Below are positions 53,446 to 64,000 of a DNA stretch of 64,000 bases, piece by piece. Within the stretch, counting starts at the first letter, position 1; each line of letters begins with the position of its first letter. The notes beneath the pieces were generated by a model. It ran no database searches. It was not told where the DNA came from and saw only the letters and a program-made list of their open reading frames with translations. Origin of the DNA: Chrysomallon squamiferum (Eukaryota > Animalia > Mollusca); contig CM022666.1 of the NCBI GenBank assembly GCA_012295275.1, positions 16,740,001-16,804,000 on the forward strand, given 5' to 3'. A program made the position numbers and the translations under genes.

Positions 53446-54611
53446 GTTTCAAAGAGAAAATATCAAGGAATGTTTTACACAAGTCTAAATACTTACCACC
53501 TGGTGATCAGTATTTCCCATTCCACTCATTGCTCCTAGTGCAGACATCAGTTGATACATTCAGATTTAGCAGATTTATCTAAACTATTTCTTACTGCTAA
53601 ATTATAATTTGTTGCTACAAAAAAAAAAAAGAAAAAAAAAAAAACAAACAACAATAAAATCCCCAAAACAGCAACAAGAAAACATAAATAACAAAAAGAA
53701 ATTAATAATTGATAATATTAAAATGCTAAGATATTTATTTATTAAAATTATTAAAAGTTGGGGAAAAAATATAAAAGTGAACAAAGATTTATCAAGAAAA
53801 TTCAGTATTATCCAAACTAAGACTTTTTTTATATGGGATAAATAAAAAAGTAATTAAATAAAAATGAAATAATAAATTGATTAATAACAACAACAAAAAA
53901 AGTGAACAAAGATTTATCAAGAGAATGGTGTATTATCCAAACTGAGACATTTTTTGTATGGAATAAATAAATAAAAAAAAAAAAAAAAAAAAAAAATAAA
54001 TAAATAAATAAAAAAAAAAATAAATAAAAAAAAAAATAAAAAAAAATAAATAAAAAAAAATAAATAAATATGAAATAATAAATTGATTAATAACAACAAC
54101 TAAAGAATAATAAAATAATGAAATGAGAATTATATATTTTGTACAAAATAAATCAGGCAATTTTTTCAGTGTGTAAAATATTTCTACTCTGAAAGCCAAA
54201 ATAAAGCAAATGCAGATTTCAGCATTTAACACTTGAATTTGATAAAATTAAAAACTGGAAAGGAAAATAAAAACTTTGCAACACAAAACAGTCTGAGAGC
54301 ATGTGTGTACATGTGTATGTCTGTAAATGTATGTGTGTTAAACATAATTTATTTATTCAGTTTATACAAAAGAAAAAGACCAAATATTAGTTATTTCATT
54401 TATTTATTTCATATTAGTCACCTGATTAACAATCAATTGATTTACTGATTTTATTATCTGACTAAATTAATGAGTGAAATGTACATCAGTATAAAATGAA
54501 TCACACACAAAGTTTATTATGCCAAAATTATTTACTCCTGACTTGAGCATCTTCAACTGACATAAGTGGACATTTCAAAACCCCCTCACATTTTCAGTGA
54601 TCACACACACA

Positions 54612-54724
<113 letters not shown>

Positions 54725-54785
54725 ACTCACACAGACAGACACACATACACACTCACACACAGACACACACACACACACACACACA

Positions 54786-54876
<91 letters not shown>

Positions 54877-54879
54877 ACA

Positions 54880-54958
<79 letters not shown>

Positions 54959-55109
54959 ACAGACATGCATATAAAATTATGTAAAATTTGTACATCTTAC
55001 TTTAATAAACTCTAATGTATGGAATACTGCAAATATTTGGTAAACTGTTTTAAATATAGATTTCTTATATAATGTTAATAATACTGTGAACACCATCAAG
55101 TCTCATCTC

Positions 55110-55385
55110 TTTGTCACATAACATGTTGACGTCTTACTTTGTGTTGTCACAGATGTTGACATCTCACTTTGTGTTGTCACATGTTGACATCTTACTTTGT
55201 GTTGTCACATGTTGACATCTCACTTTGTGTTGTCACACATGTTGACATCTCACTTTGTGTTGATACACAACATGTTGACATCTTACTTTGTGTTGACACA
55301 TAACATGTTGACATCTTACTTTGTGTTGACACACAACATGTTGACATCTTACTTTGTGTTGACATCTCACTTTGTGTTGACACAT
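55110..55385. repeat. Minisatellite, ~27-30-bp unit CATGTTGACATCTTACTTTGTGTTGTCA
   Basis: Directly visible. Confidence 0.88.
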
Positions 55386-55780
55386 ACGCTCACAAGTAAT
55401 TCTAAAGTTGCTTTTTGGGTAGTTTTTTCTGATCCACTTTATTTTTTCAAGATGTGCAGATAAATAAATAAACAAACAAACAACTAACAACAGCATCTTG
55501 ATATGGTAACAATTTGTGTTCAACACTTTAACAGACTCCGGTAAGACAAACCAGAAAATGTGAACACACCTTTAGCACATCACTGGAATACACACAAGAA
55601 ATCTTTTACTTGTAGAGAAATGTCAGCTCTCTCTAGAATCTGTAGATCACACACAAGAAATCTTTTATTTATAGAAAAATAACCACACACATTTGTTTTC
55701 TTCAGAAAATGTTACATTTGTTAACATTATTTATATCACAAAACACACTGACAGGACACGAGGAAGCTAGTTTTAGAGTT

Positions 55781-55998
55781 TTAACTCGGAGCTGTTAACT
55801 TAGCCAAATTTTCACTGAACTGAGGAACTCGGAGAGACAACAGCTGACACGTCTGAGAAAGTTTGATTTTCAGATTTTCTGTCATCCTGTCTCTGTTCCT
55901 CCTCGACCACATCATCACAGTCTGCACTGCCTTCAGTGGCAACAATGGAGACAGCACCAGCACCACTTCAGCAGCACAAACAGGTACAGCAGATGCAG
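55781..55998 (-). CDS. ICE1: ICE1 last coding exon
   Basis: cttctttcag|; (A)ASAVPVCAAEVVLVLSPLLPLKAVQTVMMWSRRNRDRMTENLKIKLSQTCQLLSLRVPQFSENLAKLTAPS*. Confidence 0.85.
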
Positions 55999-58900
55999 CT
56001 GAAAGAAGCAAGTCATATACAAGCACATACACTAACACTGTTACAGTGATATCACTAACACTGTTACAGTAATATCACTAACACTGTTACAGTAATATCA
56101 CTAACACTGTTACAGTAACATCACTAACACTGTTACAGTAACATCACTAACACTGTTACAGTGACATCACTAACACTGTTACAGTAACATCACTAACACT
56201 GTTACAGTAATATCACTAACACGGTTACAGTAATATCACTAACACTGTTACAGTAATATCACTAACACTGTTACAGTAATATCACTAACACTGTTACAGT
56301 GATATCACTAACACTGTTACAGTGATATCACTAACACTGTTACAGTAATATCACTAACACTGTTACAGTGATATCACTAACACTGTTACAGTAATATCAC
56401 TAACACGGTTACAGTAATATCACTAACACTGTTACAGTAATATCACTAACACTGTTACAGTAATATCACTAACACTGTTACACTAATATCACTAACACTG
56501 TTACAGTGATATCACTAACACTGTTACAGTAATATCACTAACACTGTTACAGTAATATTAATAAACAAATGGAAATATGCTAAAAAGACCCTCCTAAAAC
56601 CAAAAAAACAAAGTAACATAAATACATGAAAATATGCTAATTAACACACTATGTTTTTAACACATTTTCTGTTAAGAAATATAAAAGTTTCACAATTAAC
56701 ATCTTGTGTTTTAAGACACATTTTTAACATACCAGTTTCTCGGTTAAGAAAGACAAGCAGCCACTTATCAATGAGTTTACCAATGTCCTTCCTGTCCACT
56801 TTTACATCCAGCTGCAGAACGTCACCTGCAAGACAACACAACATCTGTCAACATCAGATAACATGTCAGCATTAAACATCTGTCAACATCAGATAACATG
56901 TCAGCATTAAACATTAGTCAACATCAGATAACATGTCAACATTAAAGATCTGTCAACATCAGATAACATGTCAGCATTAAACATCTGTCAACATCAGATA
57001 ACATGTCAGCATTAAACATCTGTCAACATAACATGTCAGCATTAAACATCTGTCAACATCAGATAACATGTCAGCATTAAACATCTGTCAACATCAGATA
57101 ACATGTCAGCATTAAACATCTGTCAACATCAGATAACATGTCAGCATTAAACATCTGTCAACATCAGATAACACACTGAGCATCAATAAACAGCATCTGT
57201 TGGCATCAGTGAAACCAGTTTGTAGAAATACAGAACCAGATGTAACCAAAAAACTGAACAAACATTTGAACACACTACAGGTACCAGACTATTTATCTGG
57301 CAGGCTTGGGATTGTAGGTGAGCCAGGTTTCTGGATTTTCATGTTTTCTGCTCTTCCACTAGTAATCAGTGTTTCTGCTGGCATTTCAGACATGGTTACA
57401 ACTGAAAATTACCATAAACTCACACAAATAATCATGTAACTGTGAAAGGATCACACAACTGCAGTCACACAGAAACTGGCTTTCAAACTACAGGCACTTA
57501 AAACAAAATAAATAAATAAATAAAAAGACAGTTTTCTCTTATTTTTGGATTTGTGGAACAGAGAAAAGACGTTTTATATCTGAACAACCTTTTATCATAG
57601 AAAACCAATTCAAAAAACAGAAAGTAGAAATATAACACAGACACAAGTACACACAAGAATACTGTTGTTACCTATTATTTTCAACATCGCTTGAACATAC
57701 AAGGGAGATAATCCCTCCTCTGCCTTGTTCTTCCACCTGTCTCGTACTGACATCAGGTGTCGGAGAATGAAGTTTTTGTGCAGCCACGCCCACCCCTCAA
57801 ACAGCAGCAGCAGTTCTATACTCTTCATCAGCTCAAACACTTTATCTGTCAAATAAAAACTTCAAATTATACATACCTGTCACTTCAAATTATATATATA
57901 TATATTAATTATATCACCTCAATTTATACATATCTGTCAAATAAAAACTTCAAATTATACATATCTATTAATTATATCACCTCAATTTATATATGTCTGT
58001 CAGTTATAAACCTTCAAATTTTTGTATCTGTCAATTACAATACTTCAAATTATACATATCTGGAATTAAAGCACTTTAATGCAGATATATACACACATAC
58101 ACACACATGTACATATATAAACACATACACACACATGTACGTGTTATAACAGTGTATGCCTGACCTGTTTGATTCAGTGTTGCTGCATGGTCAAGTTTCT
58201 CCACAGCTTTTCTCAACACATCTTCACTTGTCTGCTGACCACTGTTCCAGCCACACAGTTTACACAAACATTCTGAAATCTAAACACAAAACAATCACAT
58301 AGTTTACACAAACATTCTGAAATCTAAACACAAAACAATCACACAGTTTACACAAACATTCTGAAATCTAAACACAAAACAATCACACAGTTTACACAAA
58401 CATTCTGAAATCTAAACACAAAACAGTCACATAGTTTACACAAACATTCTGAAATCTAAACACAAAACAATCACACAGTTTACACAAACATTCTGAAATC
58501 TAAACACAAAACAATCAGTTTACACAAACATTCTGAAATCTAAACACAAAACAATCACATATTTTACACAAACATTCTGAAATCTAAACACAAAACAATC
58601 AGTTTACACAAACATTCTGAAATCTAAACACAAAACAATCACATATTTTACACAAACATTCTGAAATCTAAACACAAAACAATCACAGTTTACACAAACA
58701 TTCTGAAATCTAAACACAAAACAATCACACAGTTTACACAAATATTCTGAAATCTAAACACAAAACAGCCACACAGTATACACAAATATTCTGAAATCTA
58801 AACACAAAACAGTCACACAGTTTACACAAACATTCTGAAATCTAAACACAAAACAGCCACACAGTTTACACAAACATTCTGAAATCTAAACACAAAACAA

Positions 58901-61839
58901 TCAGTTTACACAAATATTCTGAAATCTAAAGACAAAACAGCCACAGTTTACACAAACATTCTGAAATCTAAACACAAAACTATCACAGAAACAGCTTTAT
59001 TTAAAAACATAAAAACAGCCACAGTTTTAAAAAAAACCATTGTAACATCCAAAAACTACTAACTTTTTTTTATGCAAACTACAGCTTTTTCTTTAATTCC
59101 AAAACAAAATATCTTAAAATGAATCTTAATTGTTATCATGTAAGATCCATGTAAGCTATAAGAATTTGAAAAAAAACCTGTTTAACAAGAAAATACTTCT
59201 CATACCTGTTTACTCTTTGTTCTTGCTTTGTCCACCTGCAGACTTTTCATCACAATGTGCTCCATGACAAGCACAACAGAAATGGCTTCTACAAAAATGT
59301 TTAAAACTCACATTAACAAGCATTTCACAGTAAACCATTTAAATATTAACATAAAGCTGTTTTCTGCTTTGAAATCATATAATTTTCTGGTTTTGGGGTT
59401 TGAGTAATCACAAATTTACAGTTTTACTGTTTCAGTAATCACAGTTTTCTAATTTTCTTTTTGATTGAGTAATCAATTTTATAGTAATACTATTTGACTA
59501 ATCTCAGTTTTAGTTTTATTGTTTGAGTAATCACAGTTTCAGTTTTATTGTTTGAGTAATCACAGTTTTAGTTTTACTGTTTGAGTAATCAGTTTCAGTT
59601 TTATTGTTTGAGTAATCACAGTTTTAGTTTTACTGTTTGAGTAATCAGTTTCAGTTTTATTGTTTGAGTAATCACAGTTTTAGTTTTATTGTTTGAGTAA
59701 TCACAGTTTTAGTTTTACTGTTTGAGTAATCACAGTTTTAGTTTTACTGTTTGAGTAATCACAGTTTCAGTTTTACTGTTTGAGTAATCAGTTTTAGTTT
59801 TACTGTTTGAGTGATGATGGACAGAATTACCTTGCTGTGTTTGGTAAGTACAACTGGCCACAGTTTTGATTGTTTGACAGGAAAATCACGAAAGCTGAGA
59901 TGTTTACATGAAATAACATAAAACAGCAACACGCGGGCTTGTTCCACGTCACCTGCAAACAAACAAAAATGTTTTATATCATCTATAAATAAACAAAAAT
60001 GTTTTATATCATCTATAAATAAATAAAAATGTTTTATATCATCTGTAAATAAATAAAAATGTTTTATATCATGTGTAAATAAACAAAAATGTTTTATATC
60101 ATCTATAAATAAACAAAAATGTTTTATATCATCTATAAATAAATAAAAATGTTTTATATCATCTGTAAATAAACAAAAATGTTTTATATCATCTATAAAT
60201 AAATAAAAATGTTTTATATCATCTGTAAATAAATAAAAATGTTTTATATCATCTGTAAATAAACAAAAATGTTTTATATCATGTGTAAATAAACAAAAAT
60301 GTTTTATATCATCTGTAAATAAACAAAAATGTTTTATATCATGTGTACATAAATAAAAATTGTTTTATATCATCTATAAATAAACAAAAATGTTTTATAT
60401 CATGTGTACATAAAAAAAATGTTTTATATCATGTGTAAATAAATAAAAATGTTTTATATCATTTGTAAATAAACAAAATATGTTTTACATCAGTATAAAC
60501 AAAGAACAACAAACATGTAAAGAAATGTATTTGGTTCATTAAAAACAGGTCAATGAATATTTACAGGATAAGTAAACAAAATAGGTAATGAAAATGTAAA
60601 GAAAGCAACAGGTATCAGAGACACAGATAAAAACAAAAAAACAAACAAACAAACAAAGGCTCACCTTCCATTTTACACAGAGCAGTAAACATTCGACTGG
60701 AAAACAAAAACAAAATCTGGTGAAGAATAAATTTTCATACATTCCCTTAATTGACAAAGCGATACAAAAAAGACTTTTTAAAAATCTTACAACAATTTTT
60801 ATTTACATTTTTAAAAACTAATTTTAACAACTTCACTGAAGACACTTTTATTTAGTGTGTAAAAAACAGAATGTTAAAAATACAAAGACAAATACCACAA
60901 AGCCTGTTTTCCATAAAGTTTGTTAGCTTCTTTCTCCAGAACAAAAATGGCTTTCCACAAAGACTGCATCAAATATGACTTATCTGCATTCTGAAACACA
61001 ATTACAACCTATATAACTAACATTCATTTCAGCTGACATTTTATAGAAAAAAACAATTTAAAATATAACTGTTAAGATTTGATATTTTTAAAGTTAAACT
61101 GTTAAAAACTCTTTAGTTTAATTATGAAGGGTGTTGAAAATAATTCTTAAGTAAGAGTTAAAATACTTGATGAAGAGCTTAATACTTGATAAAGAGTTTA
61201 ATACTTGATAGAGTTAAACACTTGGTAAAGAGTTAAATACTTGGTAAAGAGTTAAATACTTGGTAAAGAGTTAAATACTTCATAAAGAGTTTAATATTTG
61301 ATAAGGATTTAAATACTTGGTAAAGAGTTAAATACTTGGTAAAGAGTTAAATACTTGATAAAGAGTTAAATACTTGATAAAGAATTAAATACTTTGTAAG
61401 TGTTGAGAAATTCGTTGAGCACACCAACTATTCGTTTCTCGCTGTTTCGTAACACTGGTAGTGCTGGCTGAGTAGTAGTTGTGCAGGCATTGTACACTTC
61501 ATTGTGGATGTTACATCTACAACTCTGAAGTTGCTGTAGTAACAAAAATTCACAATTTACAACAGGTTTTATGTGTACTCTGTTTTGTGTGTTACATTTT
61601 ATATGTTACATTTTAGTGCCTTACATTTTAGTATGTTACATTTAGTATGTTACATTTTGTATGTTACACTGTTTTTCAGTATGTTATGTTTCTGTGTGCT
61701 GAACTGAGTTTTATGTGTGACGAAGGTTTGTGTATTTTACATCTAGTTCTGCAGCAGATGCAACAATTGATGTTTGTTTCCTTCTTTCTAATTAACAAAG
61801 TAAGTGACTGAATGTTTATGGCAATCTGCACACAGACAT

Positions 61840-61890
<51 letters not shown>

Positions 61891-61978
61891 TGATATATAC
61901 AAACACACAAACATTCAAAGATAACACAGAACTCACATTAACCTGAACACATATACACTCTACACAGTATACACAGAG

Positions 61979-62030
<52 letters not shown>

Positions 62031-62464
62031 ACAGCTAGCTGATGTAAAAACTGAACAAACATTGACTACAGCATCAACAAGAAGTTTCCAGACAACTTCA
62101 ACAGCAGCAAGTTGAAATATTTCGGTAATGAAGTCTTCAGTGGAAATTCTCTCATCACTCACAAACTTTTCCAACTTAACATCAAACTCTGAAAAAACAA
62201 ATACAAAATTTCTCATTGTACAGTCTGTTATAGAAATTCAGATTTGTTTTTGTTTTTGTCTGTCTATTTATGTGTTTGTAAAATATCTACCTGTTTTCTT
62301 CAATTCAGATTTGTTTTCTGTTTGTCTGTCTATTTATGTGTTTGTAAAATATCTACCTGTTTTCTTCTGTTCAGATTTCTGTTTTCTGTTTGTCTGTCTA
62401 TTTATGTGTTTGTAAAATATCTACCTGTTTTCTTCAATTCAGATTTTGGAGAAACATCAGTTTT
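55781..62464 (-). CDS. ICE1: ICE1 (little elongation complex subunit 1 / KIAA0947-like), C-terminal conserved domain; 5' part lies beyond the window. Exons (minus): 62464-62425, 62188-62061, 61533-61393, 60990-60896, 60696-60665, 59952-59831/59836, 59288-59206, 58279-58165, 57845-57672, 56825-56733, 55998-55781
   Basis: The spliced peptide ...QPALPVLRNSEKRIVGVL...QALCRMFTALCKMEGDVEQARVLLFYVIS...LWPVVL...ISECLCKLCGW...FELMKSIELLLLFEGWAWLHKNFILRHLMSVRDRW...QAMLKIIGDVLQL...VCAAEVVLVLSPLLPLKAVQTVMMW is colinear with my recollection of the human ICE1 C-terminus (ALCRVYVGICRQLGDLERAR; AIDLLCCHQKWIWTHDNII; ILRLIGRLGQL; LAAVYALCDLSP). Phases are compatible except one junction (see findings). Confidence 0.85.
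56030..56557. repeat. Minisatellite, 23-bp unit CACTAACACTGTTACAGTAATAT
   Basis: Directly visible in the last ICE1 intron. Confidence 0.95.
56733..56825 (-). CDS. ICE1: ICE1 exon
   Basis: cttgcag|...|gtatgt; (G)DVLQLDVKVDRKDIGKLIDKWLLVFLNRET. Confidence 0.82.
56840..57172. repeat. Minisatellite, 35-bp unit AACATCTGTCAACATCAGATAACATGTCAGCATTA
   Basis: Directly visible, starting ~15 nt from an ICE1 acceptor. Confidence 0.93.
57672..57845 (-). CDS. ICE1: ICE1 exon
   Basis: tttgacag|...|gtaaca; (D)KVFELMKSIELLLLFEGWAWLHKNFILRHLMSVRDRWKNKAEEGLSPLYVQAMLKII. Confidence 0.88.
58165..58279 (-). CDS. ICE1: ICE1 exon (alternative same-phase donor at 58141)
   Basis: gtgtttag|ISECLCKLCGWNSGQQTSEDVLRKAVEKLDHAATLNQT|gtcagg. 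Confidence 0.78.
58252..58985. repeat. Minisatellite, 40-44-bp unit CACACAGTTTACACAAACATTCTGAAATCTAAACACAAAACAAT, 17 copies; the unit spans the ICE1 acceptor and exon start
   Basis: The first unit overlaps exon 58165-58279; I counted 17 CTGAAATCTAAA cores. Confidence 0.95.
59206..59288 (-). CDS. ICE1: ICE1 exon
   Basis: tttttgtag|...CAG|gtatga; AISVVLVMEHIVMKSLQVDKARTKSKQ, which needs phase-1 entry. Confidence 0.72.
59400..59812. repeat. Minisatellite, 27-29-bp unit GAGTAATCACAGTTTTAGTTTTACTGTTT
   Basis: Directly visible. Confidence 0.9.
59831..59952 (-). CDS. ICE1: ICE1 exon
   Basis: tttgcag|(G)DVEQARVLLFYVISCKHLSFRDFPVKQSKLWPVVLTKH...; donor ambiguous (GT after 59831 or GC after 59836). 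Confidence 0.82.
59961..60480. repeat. Minisatellite, 30-bp unit AAACAAAAATGTTTTATATCATCTATAAAT
   Basis: Directly visible; begins in the polypyrimidine tract of the 59952 acceptor. Confidence 0.95.
60665..60696 (-). CDS. ICE1: ICE1 32-nt exon
   Basis: gttttccag|...|gtgagc; (C)RMFTALCKME(G). Confidence 0.85.
60896..60990 (-). CDS. ICE1: ICE1 exon
   Basis: gtttcag|...|gtattt; NADKSYLMQSLWKAIFVLEKEANKLYGKQAL(C). Confidence 0.8.
61155..61394. repeat. Minisatellite, 19-bp unit AAAGAGTTAAATACTTGGT
   Basis: Directly visible; the minus strand contains AA|GTATTTAA, identical to the adjacent exon donor. Confidence 0.88.
61393..61533 (-). CDS. ICE1: ICE1 exon
   Basis: tactacag|...|gtattt; QLQSCRCNIHNEVYNACTTTTQPALPVLRNSEKRIVGVLNEFLNTYK. 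Confidence 0.8.
62061..62188 (-). CDS. ICE1: ICE1 exon
   Basis: ttttttcag|...|gtttgt; (E)FDVKLEKFVSDERISTEDFITEIFQLAAVEVVWKLLVDAVVN. Confidence 0.75.
62425..62464 (-). CDS. ICE1: ICE1 40-nt exon
   Basis: gttttatag|KTDVSPKSELKKT, then G|gtagat; phase fits the next exon. Confidence 0.65.
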
Positions 62465-63275
62465 CTATAAAACAGAGAAAATTAGAATAAACACTTCAAA
62501 GATGAAATGCAATGTATGACAAATTTACAAACATACATATATAGGTATGTACATGCATACATTCAAACACATACACACACACATACATACACATATACAC
62601 ACACATAAATACACACATACATACATACACACACATACACACATACATACATACACACACAGATACATACACACATACATACATACATAGATACATAGAT
62701 ACATACATAGATTCATACATTCATACACACATACACACATACATACATACATACGCACATACATACACACATACATACATACATACACACATATACACAC
62801 ACATACATACATACACACATATATACATACATACATACACACATACACACATACACACATACATAGATACATGCATACATACACACACACATACATACAT
62901 ACATGTATACATACACACACACACACATACATACATACATACATACATACATACACACACACATACATAAATACATGTACAGACACTTTTACACTGACAA
63001 CACGTTATTAATGGCCATATTTGTGATTTTATTATTTTATAAAGTGAAGTACTACAGTGATTCTGTTATAAAATACAACAATGTGCATATTAACATGTTT
63101 CCAGGAAGGGACATTGGCCTGTCTGTTACTGGCTAGAATAGTGATTGGGGAAAAAACAAATAAATAATAATTTAGAAAAAATAAATTACTCCTGAAACTT
63201 AATTATGTTCATGCGTGCAATTCCTGTTGCATTCTTGCTTCTAATTCTGATTATTCTGAGGAGTATCATTTTCAC

Positions 63276-63352
63276 CCTCCTCCTTTCAAAGCATTTTGAT
63301 AAGACATTTTTAGAATTCCTTCTTGTTTTTCTCAAAACTGAAGTCTGAGTAA
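63276..63352 (-). CDS. Tentative upstream ICE1 exon
   Basis: ctatcttgtactag|(V)TQTSVLRKTRRNSKNVLSKCFERRR|gtgaaa. Phase 1 in and phase 0 out fit a donor at 63976 (..VTPSK) and the 62464 exon. No recognisable homology. Confidence 0.4.
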
Positions 63353-63519
63353 CTAGTACAAGATAGAACAGAGCAGAGGTGATTAACGTAGGAAGCTAAA
63401 TAATAAAATATATTAAAAATGTTAAGATAATAAATAAAGAATAAATACTACTTGAGTTGTTATTAAAATAATATTTCAAGTTTTAATTACAAAAATACAT
63501 TCATTTTCCTGGTGTAATT

Positions 63520-64000
63520 AAAACAATGTTTCGAGTTTTACCTGTAGTTTTGAAGGTGTAACTAAGACAATGTTTTGAGTTTTACCTGTAGTTTTGAAGT
63601 TGTAACTAAGACAATGTTTTTAACTGTAGTTTTAAGACAATGTTTTGAGTTTTACCTGTAGTTTTGAAGGTGTAACTAAGACAATGTTTTGAGTTTTACC
63701 TGTAGTTTTGAAGGTGTAACTAAGACAATGTTTTGAGTTTTACCTGTAGTTTTGAAGGTGTAACTAAGACAATGTTTGGAGTTTTACCTGTAGTTTTGAA
63801 GGTGTAACTAAGACAATGTTTTGAGTTTTACCTGTAGTTTTGAAGGTGTAACTAAAACAATGTTTTGAGTTTTACCTGTAGTTTTGAAGGTGTAACTAAA
63901 ACAATGTTTTGAGTTTTACCTGTAGTTTTGAAGGTGTAACTAAGACAATGTTTGGAGTTTTACCTGTAGTTTTACCTTTTGAAGGTGTAACTAAGACAAA
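63520..64000. repeat. Minisatellite, 44-bp unit GAGTTTTACCTGTAGTTTTGAAGGTGTAACTAAGACAATGTTTT
   Basis: Directly visible to the window end. Confidence 0.95.

Noticed and set aside
53770-54100. Imperfect direct duplication between the convergent 3' ends
   Set aside because: Ordinary local duplication in A-rich sequence; no functional signal seen.
63060-63132. Possible additional ICE1 exon (tattctag|CCAGTAACAGAC...)
   Set aside because: No convincing donor giving compatible phases; the 63276->62464 join works without it.

Overview
AT-rich, microsatellite-dense animal genomic DNA; the GPCR types and repeat style suggest a mollusc or other lophotrochozoan (inference only). I reconstructed four protein-coding genes by hand. 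(1) An adenosine-receptor/GPR119-like class A GPCR on the minus strand (622->1), running off the window edge and absent from the ORF track. (2) An intronless-CDS peptide-receptor-like class A GPCR (4837->3659) with ENF in place of DRY. (3) A plus-strand multi-exon protein of about 500 aa with two cyclic-nucleotide-binding domains (CNBD2-like, 26487-50800), carrying two paralogous phase-identical first coding exons. (4) The 3' part of ICE1 (little elongation complex subunit 1) on the minus strand (62464 or further upstream ->55781). There is also a Tigger/pogo-type non-autonomous DNA transposon and more than 20 minisatellites. The most notable patterns are: ICE1 intronic minisatellites built from copies of their own splice junctions (17 copies of one acceptor); the duplicated alternative first exons; an RFX X-box/forkhead cluster; a perfect 78-bp palindrome hiding a consensus 5' splice site; inverted (AG)n/(CT)n arms; and a phase conflict in ICE1. 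Most other ORF-track entries are simple-repeat artefacts. All family assignments come from recalled motifs, not database searches.
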